DNA of 64,000 nt from Thermoflavifilum sp. (GCF_014961315.1 NZ_CP063141.1:2591123-2655122), one strand, 5' to 3'. Numbered from the stretch's first letter, positions 49,949 to 59,740 are shown. Notes: generated by a model not told the origin, from the letters alone. A program made the numbers and translations.

Positions 49949-50509
49949 TTAAAATTTTTGTAAATGTTGTTTCAGGCTATGAGCCCAGGCCAGCAAACTG
50001 GGATAACAAACATCTACCAGAGGATGGGGTGTGGAAAAAGATTCATCAGCAGGAGCAATGAACACGGTGTACATTCCCAGCTGCTTACCGAATTGCATAT
50101 CGGAAAAATGATTGCCTACCATCACAGAGCGATGAAATGCAATATCCGGGAAATCCTGTCTGGCTCGCAAAGCCATACCTGTCTGCGGCTTCCGGCATGG
50201 ACTGTCTTCTTCCACATCAGGACAATAATAAATGCGATCAATGCGCCCGCCATGATTTTCAATTTCCTTGCACATCCAGCGATGCAGGGCATCCAGCTGT
50301 TGTGTGGTGATCAAACCCTTACCCACACAACGCTGATTGGTAACAACAAGCACATGTCCGAAAATCGTCTGCAGAAGCCGAAGTGCTTCAAAAACGCCAG
50401 ATTCAAAATAAAATTCCTCCTGACTTAATACATATCCATCTTTTTTCTCCACATTGATCACACCATCACGATCCAGAAACAACGTCCAGCTTTTATCAAA
50501 CCCGGGCAT
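49949..50509 (-). CDS. gmhB: D-glycero-D-manno-heptose 1,7-bisphosphate phosphatase (HAD-IIIA)
   Basis: LFLDRDGVIN, VVTNQ, YYCPD....CRKP and GN.FSD motifs. Start moved to the internal ATG (MPGFDKSW). Confidence 0.85.
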   Translation of the reverse strand: MPGFDKSWTLFLDRDGVINVEKKDGYVLSQEEFYFESGVFEALRLLQTIFGHVLVVTNQRCVGKGLITTQQLDALHRWMCKEIENHGGRIDRIYYCPDVEEDSPCRKPQTGMALRARQDFPDIAFHRSVMVGNHFSDMQFGKQLGMYTVFIAPADESFSTPHPLVDVCYPSLLAWAHSLKQHLQKF

Positions 50510-51230
50510 AGGCAGGGATGGTTGTCTGTGCACGAATATAATCTTCCGGTATACCCATATCAATAAAAAATTGGCGAGCCTGAAAAACCGCTACGGGTGA
50601 AGGCTTTGTATGATTCAATATATGCTCCAGCACTTCTTTTTCAAAAGAGAATACTTCCGGAAAGGATTGCGCCATCCACCACGCACGGTCAATACAATAT
50701 ATGCCGGCATTAATCCATCCGGCATTTCGTTCCTGTTTTTCCTGAAAAGCCCTAACCAGATGCTGCGTTTCATCGATCTCCAGCCTACCATAACGACCGG
50801 TGTCCTGCAGATAGCAGGCTGCGAGCGTGATGGGCTTTTTCATGCATTGATGCAGTTGTTCCATTTCTGATAAGGAAATTGGAAAATACGTATCCCCGTT
50901 CAACACAAATATTGTTTCTGCAGTCGTCTGGTGCATCGATAAACGTATAGCCCCTCCAGTGCCCAGTGGAGATGGTTCTACAACAGGTGTTATTTCAAAA
51001 GGGAATGCATGAGACGCTGATTGGTTCAGCCATTGTAGCACATACTGGTGTTGATAACCCAGTGCGAGCACCACCCGGCTCACGCCCTGATCAGCAAGAT
51101 AATGCAGCAGATAATACAAAAAAGGATGCTTACCGATAGGAGCCATGACTTTAGGCTTATCGGCTATTACGGCCCGAAGTCGTGTACCCAGGCCACCTGC
51201 AAGAATGATAGCTTCACGCGTCATATTCAA
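50496..51230 (-). CDS. hddC: sugar-1-phosphate nucleotidyltransferase, HddC-like (heptose-1-phosphate guanylyltransferase)
   Basis: AIILAGGLGTRLR...KPKVMAPI NTP-transferase signature. Specificity is inferred from operon context. Confidence 0.75.
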   Translation of the reverse strand: MNMTREAIILAGGLGTRLRAVIADKPKVMAPIGKHPFLYYLLHYLADQGVSRVVLALGYQHQYVLQWLNQSASHAFPFEITPVVEPSPLGTGGAIRLSMHQTTAETIFVLNGDTYFPISLSEMEQLHQCMKKPITLAACYLQDTGRYGRLEIDETQHLVRAFQEKQERNAGWINAGIYCIDRAWWMAQSFPEVFSFEKEVLEHILNHTKPSPVAVFQARQFFIDMGIPEDYIRAQTTIPAYARV

Positions 51231-51807
51231 ATAGGGCTTGTTCGGTAAGCTGACAGATGGTGTGCCCGATTAACATGTGTGCTTCCTGAATACGTGGCGT
51301 ATCATCAGAAGGTACGTTGATGAGATAATCGCACATGTGTTTCATGGCGCCACCACTTTTGCCCGTAAAACCTATGACACGCACAGGTATCTGCTGAGCC
51401 GTTTCAATGGCACGGATCACATTTCGTGAGTTACCCGAAGTAGAAAACGCCAGCAGTAAATCGCCCGGTTGCGCCATAGCCTGCAACAAGCGGGCATATA
51501 CTTCTTCGTAACTGTAATCATTAGCAACAGCCGTCAAATAAGAAGTGTTGCAATGCATGGCCTCGGCAGGTAAGGGCTTGCGGTCAATATAAAATCTTCC
51601 CGATAATTCAGCCGCCAGATGTTGCGCATCGGCAGCACTTCCGCCGTTACCGCAGAAATACACCCGATGCCCCTCCCGAAAAGTGCTTACCATGAGATCA
51701 ACGACTTCTTCGATGATGGCTATTAATTCGGGATGATGCAGCATCTCCGATTTCACCCGAATGGATTCCTGAAAAGCTTTGTGAATGGATTCGCTGAGCT
51801 TGCGCAT
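51214..51807 (-). CDS. gmhA: D-sedoheptulose 7-phosphate isomerase (SIS domain)
   Basis: 197 aa. CGNGGSAADAQHLAAEL, FSTSGNS and the histidine-containing C-terminal region typical of GmhA. Confidence 0.9.
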   Translation of the reverse strand: MRKLSESIHKAFQESIRVKSEMLHHPELIAIIEEVVDLMVSTFREGHRVYFCGNGGSAADAQHLAAELSGRFYIDRKPLPAEAMHCNTSYLTAVANDYSYEEVYARLLQAMAQPGDLLLAFSTSGNSRNVIRAIETAQQIPVRVIGFTGKSGGAMKHMCDYLINVPSDDTPRIQEAHMLIGHTICQLTEQALFEYDA

Positions 51808-51832
51808 AATCGCTGTATTTTAGCGGATAAAG

Positions 51833-52858
51833 TTACATACTCCAGGTGGTTAACCCCTGTTGTACAAATTGATATTTATGAAAACTGCCTCCAAATACTT
51901 TCAACGCTTCCATCACCCGGTAACGCGTGTTGCCCGGGCAATACAAAATCATAAAACCTCCACCACCGGCGCCTGATATTTTACCACCGGTTGCACCGGC
52001 CTTTTTGGCGGTTTCATAAATTTCATCCAGTTGCGGATTCGAAATACCGCTGGCCATACGACGTTTGTGCTGAAAGCCGAAATCCAGAATCTCACCGATT
52101 TCATCAATGCGTCCCTTGAGTAGCGCTTCTTTCATGAGTATAGCCTGTTCTTTCAACTGATGCATAGCCTCAATGGATGATGTATTTTTCTGTATCACAT
52201 TTTTTCGTTGTTCTTCGATAATCAACGACGAAATTCGGCTGGTAGCCGTGTAATAAAGTAATAAATTGTTTTCCAGTTCATCCAGATAATGTTGCCGGAT
52301 ACGGAGCGGATTGACAATCACTTTTTCATCCGCAAAAAACTCCATAAAATTCACACCTCCGAATGTAGCCGCATATTGATCCTGCCGCCCTCCGGCCATT
52401 CCCAGATCGTGACGTTCAATTTCATACGCCAGTCGAGCTATATCATATTCGCCAAGGGGCAATTTCAACCATTCGGCAAAAGCACCTACCACGGCCACCA
52501 CCAGCGTAGAAGAAGTACCGAGCCCCGATCCCGGAGGCGCATCCACATAGGTAGTAAGCCTGAAAGATAGCGGTTGATGCGTGAAATCTTTCACAATCCG
52601 ATTGTAAACGCCTTTCAACAACAATAACTCCCCATCAGCAGGATGCTCTGGTTCTGCCGGTAGTAACAGATACTGTCCACGATCCACGGCATGTAATTCA
52701 ATACGCGATTCACGCAAGGGCTCTATGGATGCATACGCAAAAAGAGAAAGCGTAGCGTTTAATACTGCACCATGATATAAATCAGCATATGGACTTACAT
52801 CGGTGCCTCCGCCCGCCAGTCCAATTCGCAATGGTGCTTTGCTTCGGTGAATCATCAT
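51833..52858 (-). CDS. hddA: GHMP-family sugar kinase, HddA-like (heptose 7-phosphate kinase)
   Basis: APLRIGLAGGGTDVSPY N-terminus and the GHMP motif PPGSGLGTSSTLVVA. Specificity is inferred from context. Confidence 0.78.
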   Translation of the reverse strand: MMIHRSKAPLRIGLAGGGTDVSPYADLYHGAVLNATLSLFAYASIEPLRESRIELHAVDRGQYLLLPAEPEHPADGELLLLKGVYNRIVKDFTHQPLSFRLTTYVDAPPGSGLGTSSTLVVAVVGAFAEWLKLPLGEYDIARLAYEIERHDLGMAGGRQDQYAATFGGVNFMEFFADEKVIVNPLRIRQHYLDELENNLLLYYTATSRISSLIIEEQRKNVIQKNTSSIEAMHQLKEQAILMKEALLKGRIDEIGEILDFGFQHKRRMASGISNPQLDEIYETAKKAGATGGKISGAGGGGFMILYCPGNTRYRVMEALKVFGGSFHKYQFVQQGLTTWSM

Positions 52859-52898
52859 GCGTTTATCAAATGATAAAATAATATAACAAAATGGTTGA

Positions 52899-54089
52899 TC
52901 ATCGCTGTACTACAAATGGTGAAAGATGTGCAAGCTGCAATATTTGTTCACAAAGATATTCCCAGCTGAAGCGTTTTTTTTCAATTTGCAAGAAACGGAT
53001 AAATGCCGTTTGATCTCCTGTAAAAAAACGTACGATTGCATTTGCGATAGCGGCGGGGTCCGGTTCACAGATGAATCCGGTGCGTTCGTCAAGCACCATT
53101 TCGGGTAAACCACCCACACGTGTTACGATCATAGGTTTTTCAAAATGATAAGCAATCTGCGTAATACCGCTTTGCGTAGCGCTTCTGTATGGCTGGATGA
53201 CCACATCAGCCGCACAAAAATAATATTTCACTTCATCATCCGGGATGAAATGCGTGTGCAGGATGATGCGTTCTTGCAGCTTCAGCTCCTGGATCAGGGC
53301 AAGATAAGGTTCCGGAGATTCGTAAAATTCACCCGCCACAAGTAAGTGTACATCAGATAGTTGGCCCATTGCTGGTGAGGCAAAAGCACGCAGCAGTAAA
53401 TCCAGCCCTTTATATGCCCGGATAAAACCAAAAAACAAGGCATATCGTTTCTGCGGATCCAATCCTAAATGCTTACAGGCCGTGCCTTTATCGACTGGAG
53501 CGCCATACACATCATAAACAGGATGAGGCACCAGTCGTGCTGGTTTCTGTGTAAAACGCCGCAAATCATGGAGTACCTGCTCACTCATGGCAATAAAAGC
53601 ATCAACGGGTTTTAAGAAATAACGCGTGAGTAAGCCGTCCAGCAGATGATGCTCATGTGGGGTTACGTTATCCAGAATGCAAATGATGCGTGTATGACGA
53701 TTACGGCGAATAAGCCTCAGGATAGTACCCAGGCAGGGCGACATAAACGGCAGCCAGTATTTGACCACAACCACATCGAGGCGGCGTCGGGAAAGCATCA
53801 GGCCCACATGAATCCAGTTGATTGGATTCAGCGAATGAATACAGCGTACAATCTTCAAATCTTCCGGCGGAGGCGCATCGACGTATTGCGTTTTTCCGGG
53901 AAATAAAAATGCTGGATACTGCACGGTGAAAGTATAGATCACCACTTCATGAGCAGTTATATCGCTATCCGACGATGGCAATGTTTGGTCGATTTTTGCT
54001 TGTTGAAATGCTCTTGCCAGCCGCTCGTTATAAGCAGCAAGTCCGCCTCTGAACGGATAAGCCGTGCCTATGATGCCAATGCTCGCCAT
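52899..54089 (-). CDS. glycosyltransferase family 4 (GT-B fold)
   Basis: 396 aa. C-terminal Glycos_transf_1 pattern (LLVAGE...., RSATQSGITQIAYHFEKPMIVTRVGGLPEMV). First gene of the heptose operon. Confidence 0.85.
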   Translation of the reverse strand: MASIGIIGTAYPFRGGLAAYNERLARAFQQAKIDQTLPSSDSDITAHEVVIYTFTVQYPAFLFPGKTQYVDAPPPEDLKIVRCIHSLNPINWIHVGLMLSRRRLDVVVVKYWLPFMSPCLGTILRLIRRNRHTRIICILDNVTPHEHHLLDGLLTRYFLKPVDAFIAMSEQVLHDLRRFTQKPARLVPHPVYDVYGAPVDKGTACKHLGLDPQKRYALFFGFIRAYKGLDLLLRAFASPAMGQLSDVHLLVAGEFYESPEPYLALIQELKLQERIILHTHFIPDDEVKYYFCAADVVIQPYRSATQSGITQIAYHFEKPMIVTRVGGLPEMVLDERTGFICEPDPAAIANAIVRFFTGDQTAFIRFLQIEKKRFSWEYLCEQILQLAHLSPFVVQR

Positions 54090-54224
54090 AAATTTATGAA
54101 ACCTGCTTAATTGACCTGTGATTGCTGCAATTTACCGGAAAAAGATCAGAAACCATTTTTCCGAATGGACAAATAGCTTACAAATACAAGACAGGAAATT
54201 TGACTTGTTTGAAAAGAAATGTAC

Positions 54225-54232
54225 TATCTTTG
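54225..54232 (+). promoter_or_regulatory. candidate Bacteroidota -7 promoter box for the riboswitch transcript
   Basis: TATCTTTG matches TAnnTTTG. A TTTG sits at 54199-54202, 22 bp upstream, as a possible -33 element. Motif match only. Confidence 0.3.
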
Positions 54233-54276
54233 CCGCAGAAACTGCAACAGATAAAAAAGATTTTCTGCAACGCAGT

Positions 54277-54362
54277 TTCTCCTCGGGGTGCCTTACTGTC
54301 AGGCTGAGATCATACCCGTTGAACCTTGACCAGGTAATGCTGGTTAGGAAAAGGTAAGAGAA
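54277..54362 (+). ncRNA. TPP (thiamine pyrophosphate) riboswitch aptamer
   Basis: ttctcctCGGGGTGCcttactgtcaggCTGAGAtcatACCCgTTGAACCTtGAcCAGGTAATGCTGGtTAGGAAaaggtaagagaa contains the conserved GGGGUGC, CUGAGA and ACCC-UUGAACCUGA-C-GG-UAAUGC-GG-UAGGGA blocks. P1 is ttctc/gagaa. A possible terminator stem aggtaag/cttacct plus gatttt follows at 54352-54383. Confidence 0.9.
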
Positions 54363-54548
54363 ATCCCTCCCTTACCTGATTTTATGGCTGAGTACCGCAA
54401 CTGATGCGGCATCACCATGATGCGGCTAACAGTTGCTGTGTACGACAACATCAACACGTTTTGCTTTCACCATCCACGCCGGCAGATGGTGTAGCACAGC
54501 TGTTGTTTGATTTCAACATCCTATGGTTTGAACACAAAATTGTTTGAC

Positions 54549-56931
54549 ATGAAAAAGATCTGCAGCCTGTTGTTGCTGTTGCTATCCACACAGGCTTATG
54601 CGCAAATTTCATTAAGCGGAGCAATTATCGATACTGCTCAACATCCTGTTTCAGGTGCTACCATTCGCCTTTTGCAGGCCGGCCGCCATCAGGTATTGCA
54701 AGGAACGGTGAGCAACACCGATGGCCAATTTCAATTGCAAGGATTGCAACCGGGCGATTATACCCTGATGGTTTCTTCGGTAGGATATGATACCTACCGA
54801 TCAACATCTGAAACTTGACCAAAGTACGTATCTACACATCCAGCTCCATCCCACCACATTGCTTATTACGCCACTTGAAGTGGTGGCTACCCGTGCTGGA
54901 GCCAATGCACCATTTACCAAAGATAATATCAGCGCTAAGGCATTGAATCAATATAACTTAGGAGAAGATATGCCTTATCTGTTAAGCCTTCAGCCATCGG
55001 TTACCACCACTTCCGATGCCGGCACGGGCATAGGCTATACCGGCATCCACATTCGAGGCACCGATGCTTCACGTATCAATGTTACCATCAATGGGATTCC
55101 GGTTAATGATGCCGAGGATCAGGGCGTGTATTGGGTGGATATTCCCGACCTGGCTTCATCAGCTTCATCCATTCAAATCCAGCGCGGCGTGGGCTCTTCC
55201 ACCAACGGTGCAGGGGCGTTTGGCGCAACTATCAACATCAGTACACACGAATATCACCCCGATCCATACGCATCATGGGAAAGCAGTGCTGGCTCGTTTA
55301 ATACCTGGAAGAATACGGTGAAGGTGGGTAGTGGCTTGCTTAATCACCATTTCAGCGTGGATGCCCGATTGTCGAAGATTTCCTCAGATGGATACATCGA
55401 TCGTGCATTCGCCGATTTGAAATCCTTTTATTTATCAGGTGCTTACTATGCCGATAAAACTTCCGTGTTATTTAACATCATATCAGGAAAAGAACGTACT
55501 TATCAGGCATGGAATGGCGTGCCCGAAGATTCCTTGGCCAAACACCGTACCTACAATGGCCTGGGACTGATGCCCGACGGAAATTATTATCCCAATCAAA
55601 CCGATAATTACCAGCAGGATTATTATCAACTATTCTTTAATCATGCCGTCAATCATCAACTGAACTATTCGCTGGCATTGTTTTTAACCAATGGAAAGGG
55701 ATATTATGAAGAATATCAGATGAATCAGGCTTATACGGATTATGGCTTACCTGATCCGGTGATAGGACAGGATACCATCCGTACCACCGATCTCATCCGC
55801 GATTTATGGCTCGATAATCGATTTTACGGAATTATTTTTTCTGTCAATCATACGGGTAGGCTTAACTGGACGGTTGGCGGAGGGGCCGATCAATACGACG
55901 GTAAGCATTTTGGGAATGTACAATGGGCACAATATGCCATTCCTAAAGATTATCAATATTATTTCAATGTAGCGCATAAAAAAGATGCCAATATATTCTG
56001 GAAAGCTGATCGGTCAATTACAGATTGCCTTAACGCTTATCTGGATATCCAGTATCGTTTTGTACAATATCATATCAATGGTTTTGACGACAATCCGGAT
56101 TTGATTCAACACAACACCTATCACTTTGTGAATCCCAAGATAGGCTTGAACTGGCAATTAAATCCGCACGCCAGGCTGTATGTATCTTATGCCATTGCGC
56201 ATAAAGAACCAAACAGAAATGATTATGAAGCCAATCAAGCGCAAACACCACATCCGGAAATACTGTATGACTGGGAGGCGGGTTATGAGGGTCAACAATC
56301 AAAATTCCAATGGCATGCAGGCCTGTATTACATGAACTATCATAATCAGCTGGTGCTAACGGGCAAAATCAACGACGTAGGCGAATACACCCGAACAAAT
56401 GTACCTTCCAGCTACCGTGCAGGGATAGAGCTGGCCGGTGGGTATGCATTGAGCCACTGGCTGCAAATTCAGGCCAATGTGACCTATAGCCAGAACAAAA
56501 TCAGGAACTTCACTGAGTATATTGATGATTATGACCAGGGCAATCAGAAAGCGATTCCTCACGGTACCACTGATATTGCATTTTCACCCGACTGGATTGG
56601 TGCAGGCATTTTGCGGGTTAAACCGATAAAACAGCTGGAAATCGACTGGACGGCTAAGTACACCGGTTTGCAGTATTTAGACAATACCAGCAATCGCAAT
56701 CGCGCACTATCGGCCTATATGGTGCATAACCTGATTTTCAACTATCAGCTGCATCCTGCATGGATACAGGACTTGCAATTGAAACTGATGATAGAAAATC
56801 TGTTCAACAAGAAATACGAAAACAACGGTTATACCTATTCCTATATTGAAAATGGCACCCTGCATACCGAGAATTATTATTTTCCACAGGCAGGTTTTCA
56901 CATATTAGGTGGCATTCAGGTGAATTTTTAA
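54549..56931 (+). CDS. TonB-dependent outer-membrane receptor (thiamine-related by riboswitch context), with an apparent +1 frame break near 54787-54818
   Basis: ORF 54507-54818 encodes a signal peptide (MKKICSLLLLLLSTQAYAQ, ATG 54549) and a CarboxypepD_reg domain, then stops. ORF 54787-56931, one frame over, continues with the plug (ITPLEVVATRA.., IHIRGTDASRINVTINGIPVND) and a 22-strand barrel ending in an aromatic residue (..GIQVNF). Confidence 0.8.
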
Positions 56932-56948
56932 ATCATGCATCTTTAGCT

Positions 56949-57023
56949 TAAACAGGTTATCCATTGAGCGTGGGAAACAGCATCCGATACAGGCATGCAT
57001 ACCCGTTCAGGATAACCTGTTTA
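56949..57023. terminator. long inverted repeat (14-bp stem, 47-nt loop) between the receptor gene and folB
   Basis: taaacaggttatcc (56949-56962) pairs perfectly with ggataacctgttta (57010-57023), followed by caaattttt. Starts 18 bp after the receptor stop. Confidence 0.4.
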
Positions 57024-57073
57024 CAAATTTTTGCTATGAAAAATAAGCTTCCGAATTTTGGGAAAGTGTTGAT

Positions 57074-57442
57074 ATGGATGAACAAATCACCATACGATTG
57101 AATGGGATGCGATTTCAGGGGGCTTATGGTTATTATCCGGAAGAGCAACGATTGCAGCAGGAATGGATTGTAGATGTCGCCGTTCACTTCCATGCCATTC
57201 ATGCGCTCAGGTCCCTGCACGACACTTTTGATTATGAGCTGATGTACCGCAGTGTGAAACAATTGATGGAACAACCCGCTGTGTTGATGGAAACCCGTGC
57301 CCAGGAAATAGCCGATATGCTTTATGATCAATTGCAACATGTGGCACATATTGAAGTGGTGATTACCAAACCCTGTCCGCTACTGGGGGGTGAGGTGGAA
57401 AGCTCGCAGGTACATATCAGCAGAACGTATGCCGAAAAGTAA
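57074..57442 (+). CDS. folB: dihydroneopterin aldolase
   Basis: 122 aa. ITIRLNGMRFQGAYGYYPEEQRLQQEWIVDVAV is the typical FolB N-terminal strand pattern. Confidence 0.85.
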   Translation: MDEQITIRLNGMRFQGAYGYYPEEQRLQQEWIVDVAVHFHAIHALRSLHDTFDYELMYRSVKQLMEQPAVLMETRAQEIADMLYDQLQHVAHIEVVITKPCPLLGGEVESSQVHISRTYAEK

Positions 57443-57454
57443 AAAACCTGTCCT

Positions 57455-58216
57455 GTGTATAAACATCTGCTCTGGTTGTCCGTCTGGCTTGGCTGGGCGA
57501 TGGCCGTAACGGCACAACAACCTTCTGCTTATCCAGAAGAACAACAGGCCGAGCAACTCGTTGCAGAAATGCATGAGCCTGAAGCCCTGAAGGCATACGA
57601 GCGGGCCATTGCACGATATCCACATGAAGCCAGGCTCTATGCACGGGCCAGCCTCCTGGCCTCGCATCTGGCATGGATTACCGATAATCCATCCGAAAAA
57701 AAATCCTGGTTGCAACTGGCTATTCCGTATGCCGATTCCGCCCGACGCCTGAATCCCAACCTGGTAGCAGGTAAACTGGCTCTTGCTGAAGCCGTATTTC
57801 AACAGGCTTTGCTTTCCGGCGCAAAGGAAAAAATCAATGGCTTGAAAACCGCGCTGACGGATGTGCAACAACTCCTTGCCACAGATAGCCTGAATGCACA
57901 GGCATGGAATCTGCTCGGACGCATTCAACTGCAACTGGCCAGCATGAGTGTGGTTGAACGTTCGGCTGCACGCCTGCTTTTTGGACAAATCCCCGAAGCC
58001 TCTTTGCCGCAGGCCATCCGCAGCTTTCAGCGCTGTATGCAACTTGACCGACGGATGATCAGCAACTACTACGATCTGGCAACCGCTTATCATGCAAATG
58101 GGCAGGACGAACTGGCCATCCAGACGGCTCAACAGGCCTTGAGGCTGAAAAGCATCAGACAGGGTGATGATGGATGGAAACAACGCTGCCAAACGCTTAT
58201 GAAAAGCCTGCAATGA
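57455..58216 (+). CDS. secreted helical-repeat (TPR-like) protein
   Basis: Signal peptide ..WAMAVTAQQ, then an alpha-helical repeat-like sequence (AYERAIARYP, DLATAYHANGQDELAIQTAQQAL). Confidence 0.6.
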   Translation: MYKHLLWLSVWLGWAMAVTAQQPSAYPEEQQAEQLVAEMHEPEALKAYERAIARYPHEARLYARASLLASHLAWITDNPSEKKSWLQLAIPYADSARRLNPNLVAGKLALAEAVFQQALLSGAKEKINGLKTALTDVQQLLATDSLNAQAWNLLGRIQLQLASMSVVERSAARLLFGQIPEASLPQAIRSFQRCMQLDRRMISNYYDLATAYHANGQDELAIQTAQQALRLKSIRQGDDGWKQRCQTLMKSLQ

Positions 58217-58264
58217 GATAGATTTGCAATAAATTTTTGTTATCATTGTGCTGAACCCATCATC

Positions 58265-59170
58265 ATGCAAATCACACCGGCTATACAACCTATTTATTCC
58301 GTTGACGACCCGATCATGCTTCAGGCCGACACCTCCTGCTGGACCCTGCTGGTCCAGGTGGGTGACCATCATCTTTCTTATGCAATAAAAAATCAAGACA
58401 ACACCTTCATCAACTTCAAAGCCTACCAGTTACCCTCCCATAACACATCCCGGGAACATGCCGTTGTAAGCGACGGAGACATACAATCCGGCGTAACAAG
58501 CACACTCGAATTTTTTCTGGAACATGATGGCGTATTGCGCTTGCCCTATCGGGACGTGCATATTGGCTATGATGATCCGGCCCATACAGTGGTACCCATT
58601 GATGCTTATGTGGAAGAAGCACAACAAGCATATTTTACCCCCATTGATCTACTAAAAGCGGATGATATCGTGCAGCGCGATCGGGTTGAAGACTGCGCAG
58701 CTTTTAACCTTTTTGCTGTAGAAGCTCATTTCTTGAATTTGCTGAGAAAGGAGTTTCGCAAATTTCACCTGCATCATATTTCGACTGCCTTTCTACAGGC
58801 TATTTTTAAACTCTACCCCGACAGGCGCGGGGAACAATTGTTTATCTGTTTTCATCAGCATCATGCCTACTTTCTGGCAAGACGACACGAACAGTTGCTT
58901 TATTTTCACCGTCTGACATTTACATCAGAAACCGATGTGCTTTATCATGTGCTGGCTGTGGTGAAACATTTTCAAATGGATTTATCGACCATGCGATGTG
59001 TGTTAGGGGGTGAAATTACCCGTCAATCCAGGCTTTACGAGCTGCTTTATGCTTATATTCCGATTATCCAGTGGCTAAGCCGTCCCCGACCTTTTGGATA
59101 TGTGGAAGCGTTCACCCATTATCCCGGTCATTTCTTTTTCTTAAACCTTGCACTGGGCTTATGCGAATAA
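58265..59170 (+). CDS. DUF3822-like protein
   Basis: 301 aa. Assignment rests mainly on the conserved Bacteroidota neighbourhood directly upstream of rsmD-coaD, from memory. Confidence 0.5.
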   Translation: MQITPAIQPIYSVDDPIMLQADTSCWTLLVQVGDHHLSYAIKNQDNTFINFKAYQLPSHNTSREHAVVSDGDIQSGVTSTLEFFLEHDGVLRLPYRDVHIGYDDPAHTVVPIDAYVEEAQQAYFTPIDLLKADDIVQRDRVEDCAAFNLFAVEAHFLNLLRKEFRKFHLHHISTAFLQAIFKLYPDRRGEQLFICFHQHHAYFLARRHEQLLYFHRLTFTSETDVLYHVLAVVKHFQMDLSTMRCVLGGEITRQSRLYELLYAYIPIIQWLSRPRPFGYVEAFTHYPGHFFFLNLALGLCE

Positions 59171-59736
59171 TCAGTGGCATCTGGAAGGGTAGAAAATTCG
59201 CACCTCCTGCTGGCTTCCACAGCAGACCCACGAGCGATAGAGCCAGAGAAGGCCTGTTTAACATTCTGCAGCACCGGCTCGATCTGCAGCAGCTGGAGGC
59301 ACTCGACCTGTTTGCCGGTACGGGCAGCGTGGGCTATGAACTGGCCTCACGGGGTGCGCGGCGTGTAGTGATGGTCGATCATCAGCGAAGCGTGGTGCAG
59401 TTCATCCGGAAACAAATCCGACAGTGGGACATGCGCGTGTGTGAGGTGGTGCAGGCCGATGCCTGGTATTTCATTAAACACGCTCCGGATCAATTCGATC
59501 TCATCTTTGCCGATCCGCCTTATCAAATGGAAGATGTGCGTTTGCTTCCCGATGCTATACTCGAACGCGGATTGCTGAAAAAGAATGGCTGGCTGGTGCT
59601 CGAACACGAAGCCAGAATACATTTTGATCATCATCCACACCTGTTGTTCAGCCGGCGTTATGGGAAAACCATGTTTTCGTTTTTCCAGGATAAGCCCGTT
59701 GCATCCAGCCCATCGCCATCCTCAGTCAATTCCTGA
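59161..59736 (+). CDS. rsmD: 16S rRNA (guanine966-N2)-methyltransferase
   Basis: MRIISGIWKGRKF..RPTSDRAREGLFNIL N-terminus, DLFAGTGSVGYE SAM motif, FADPPY. Start moved to ATG 59161, overlapping the previous stop. Confidence 0.88.
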   Translation: MRIISGIWKGRKFAPPAGFHSRPTSDRAREGLFNILQHRLDLQQLEALDLFAGTGSVGYELASRGARRVVMVDHQRSVVQFIRKQIRQWDMRVCEVVQADAWYFIKHAPDQFDLIFADPPYQMEDVRLLPDAILERGLLKKNGWLVLEHEARIHFDHHPHLLFSRRYGKTMFSFFQDKPVASSPSPSSVNS

Positions 59737-59740
59737 TGCT

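Noticed and set aside
54118-54357. 79-aa and 61-aa plus-strand ORFs upstream of the receptor gene.
   Set aside because: They overlap the candidate promoter and the TPP riboswitch aptamer. The RNA element explains this DNA better.
57380-58396. 338-aa minus-strand ORF.
   Set aside because: It is antisense to folB's 3' end, the TPR-like gene and the DUF3822-like gene. It spans two plus-strand genes and an intergenic gap, and has no recognisable domain. Judged a shadow ORF.
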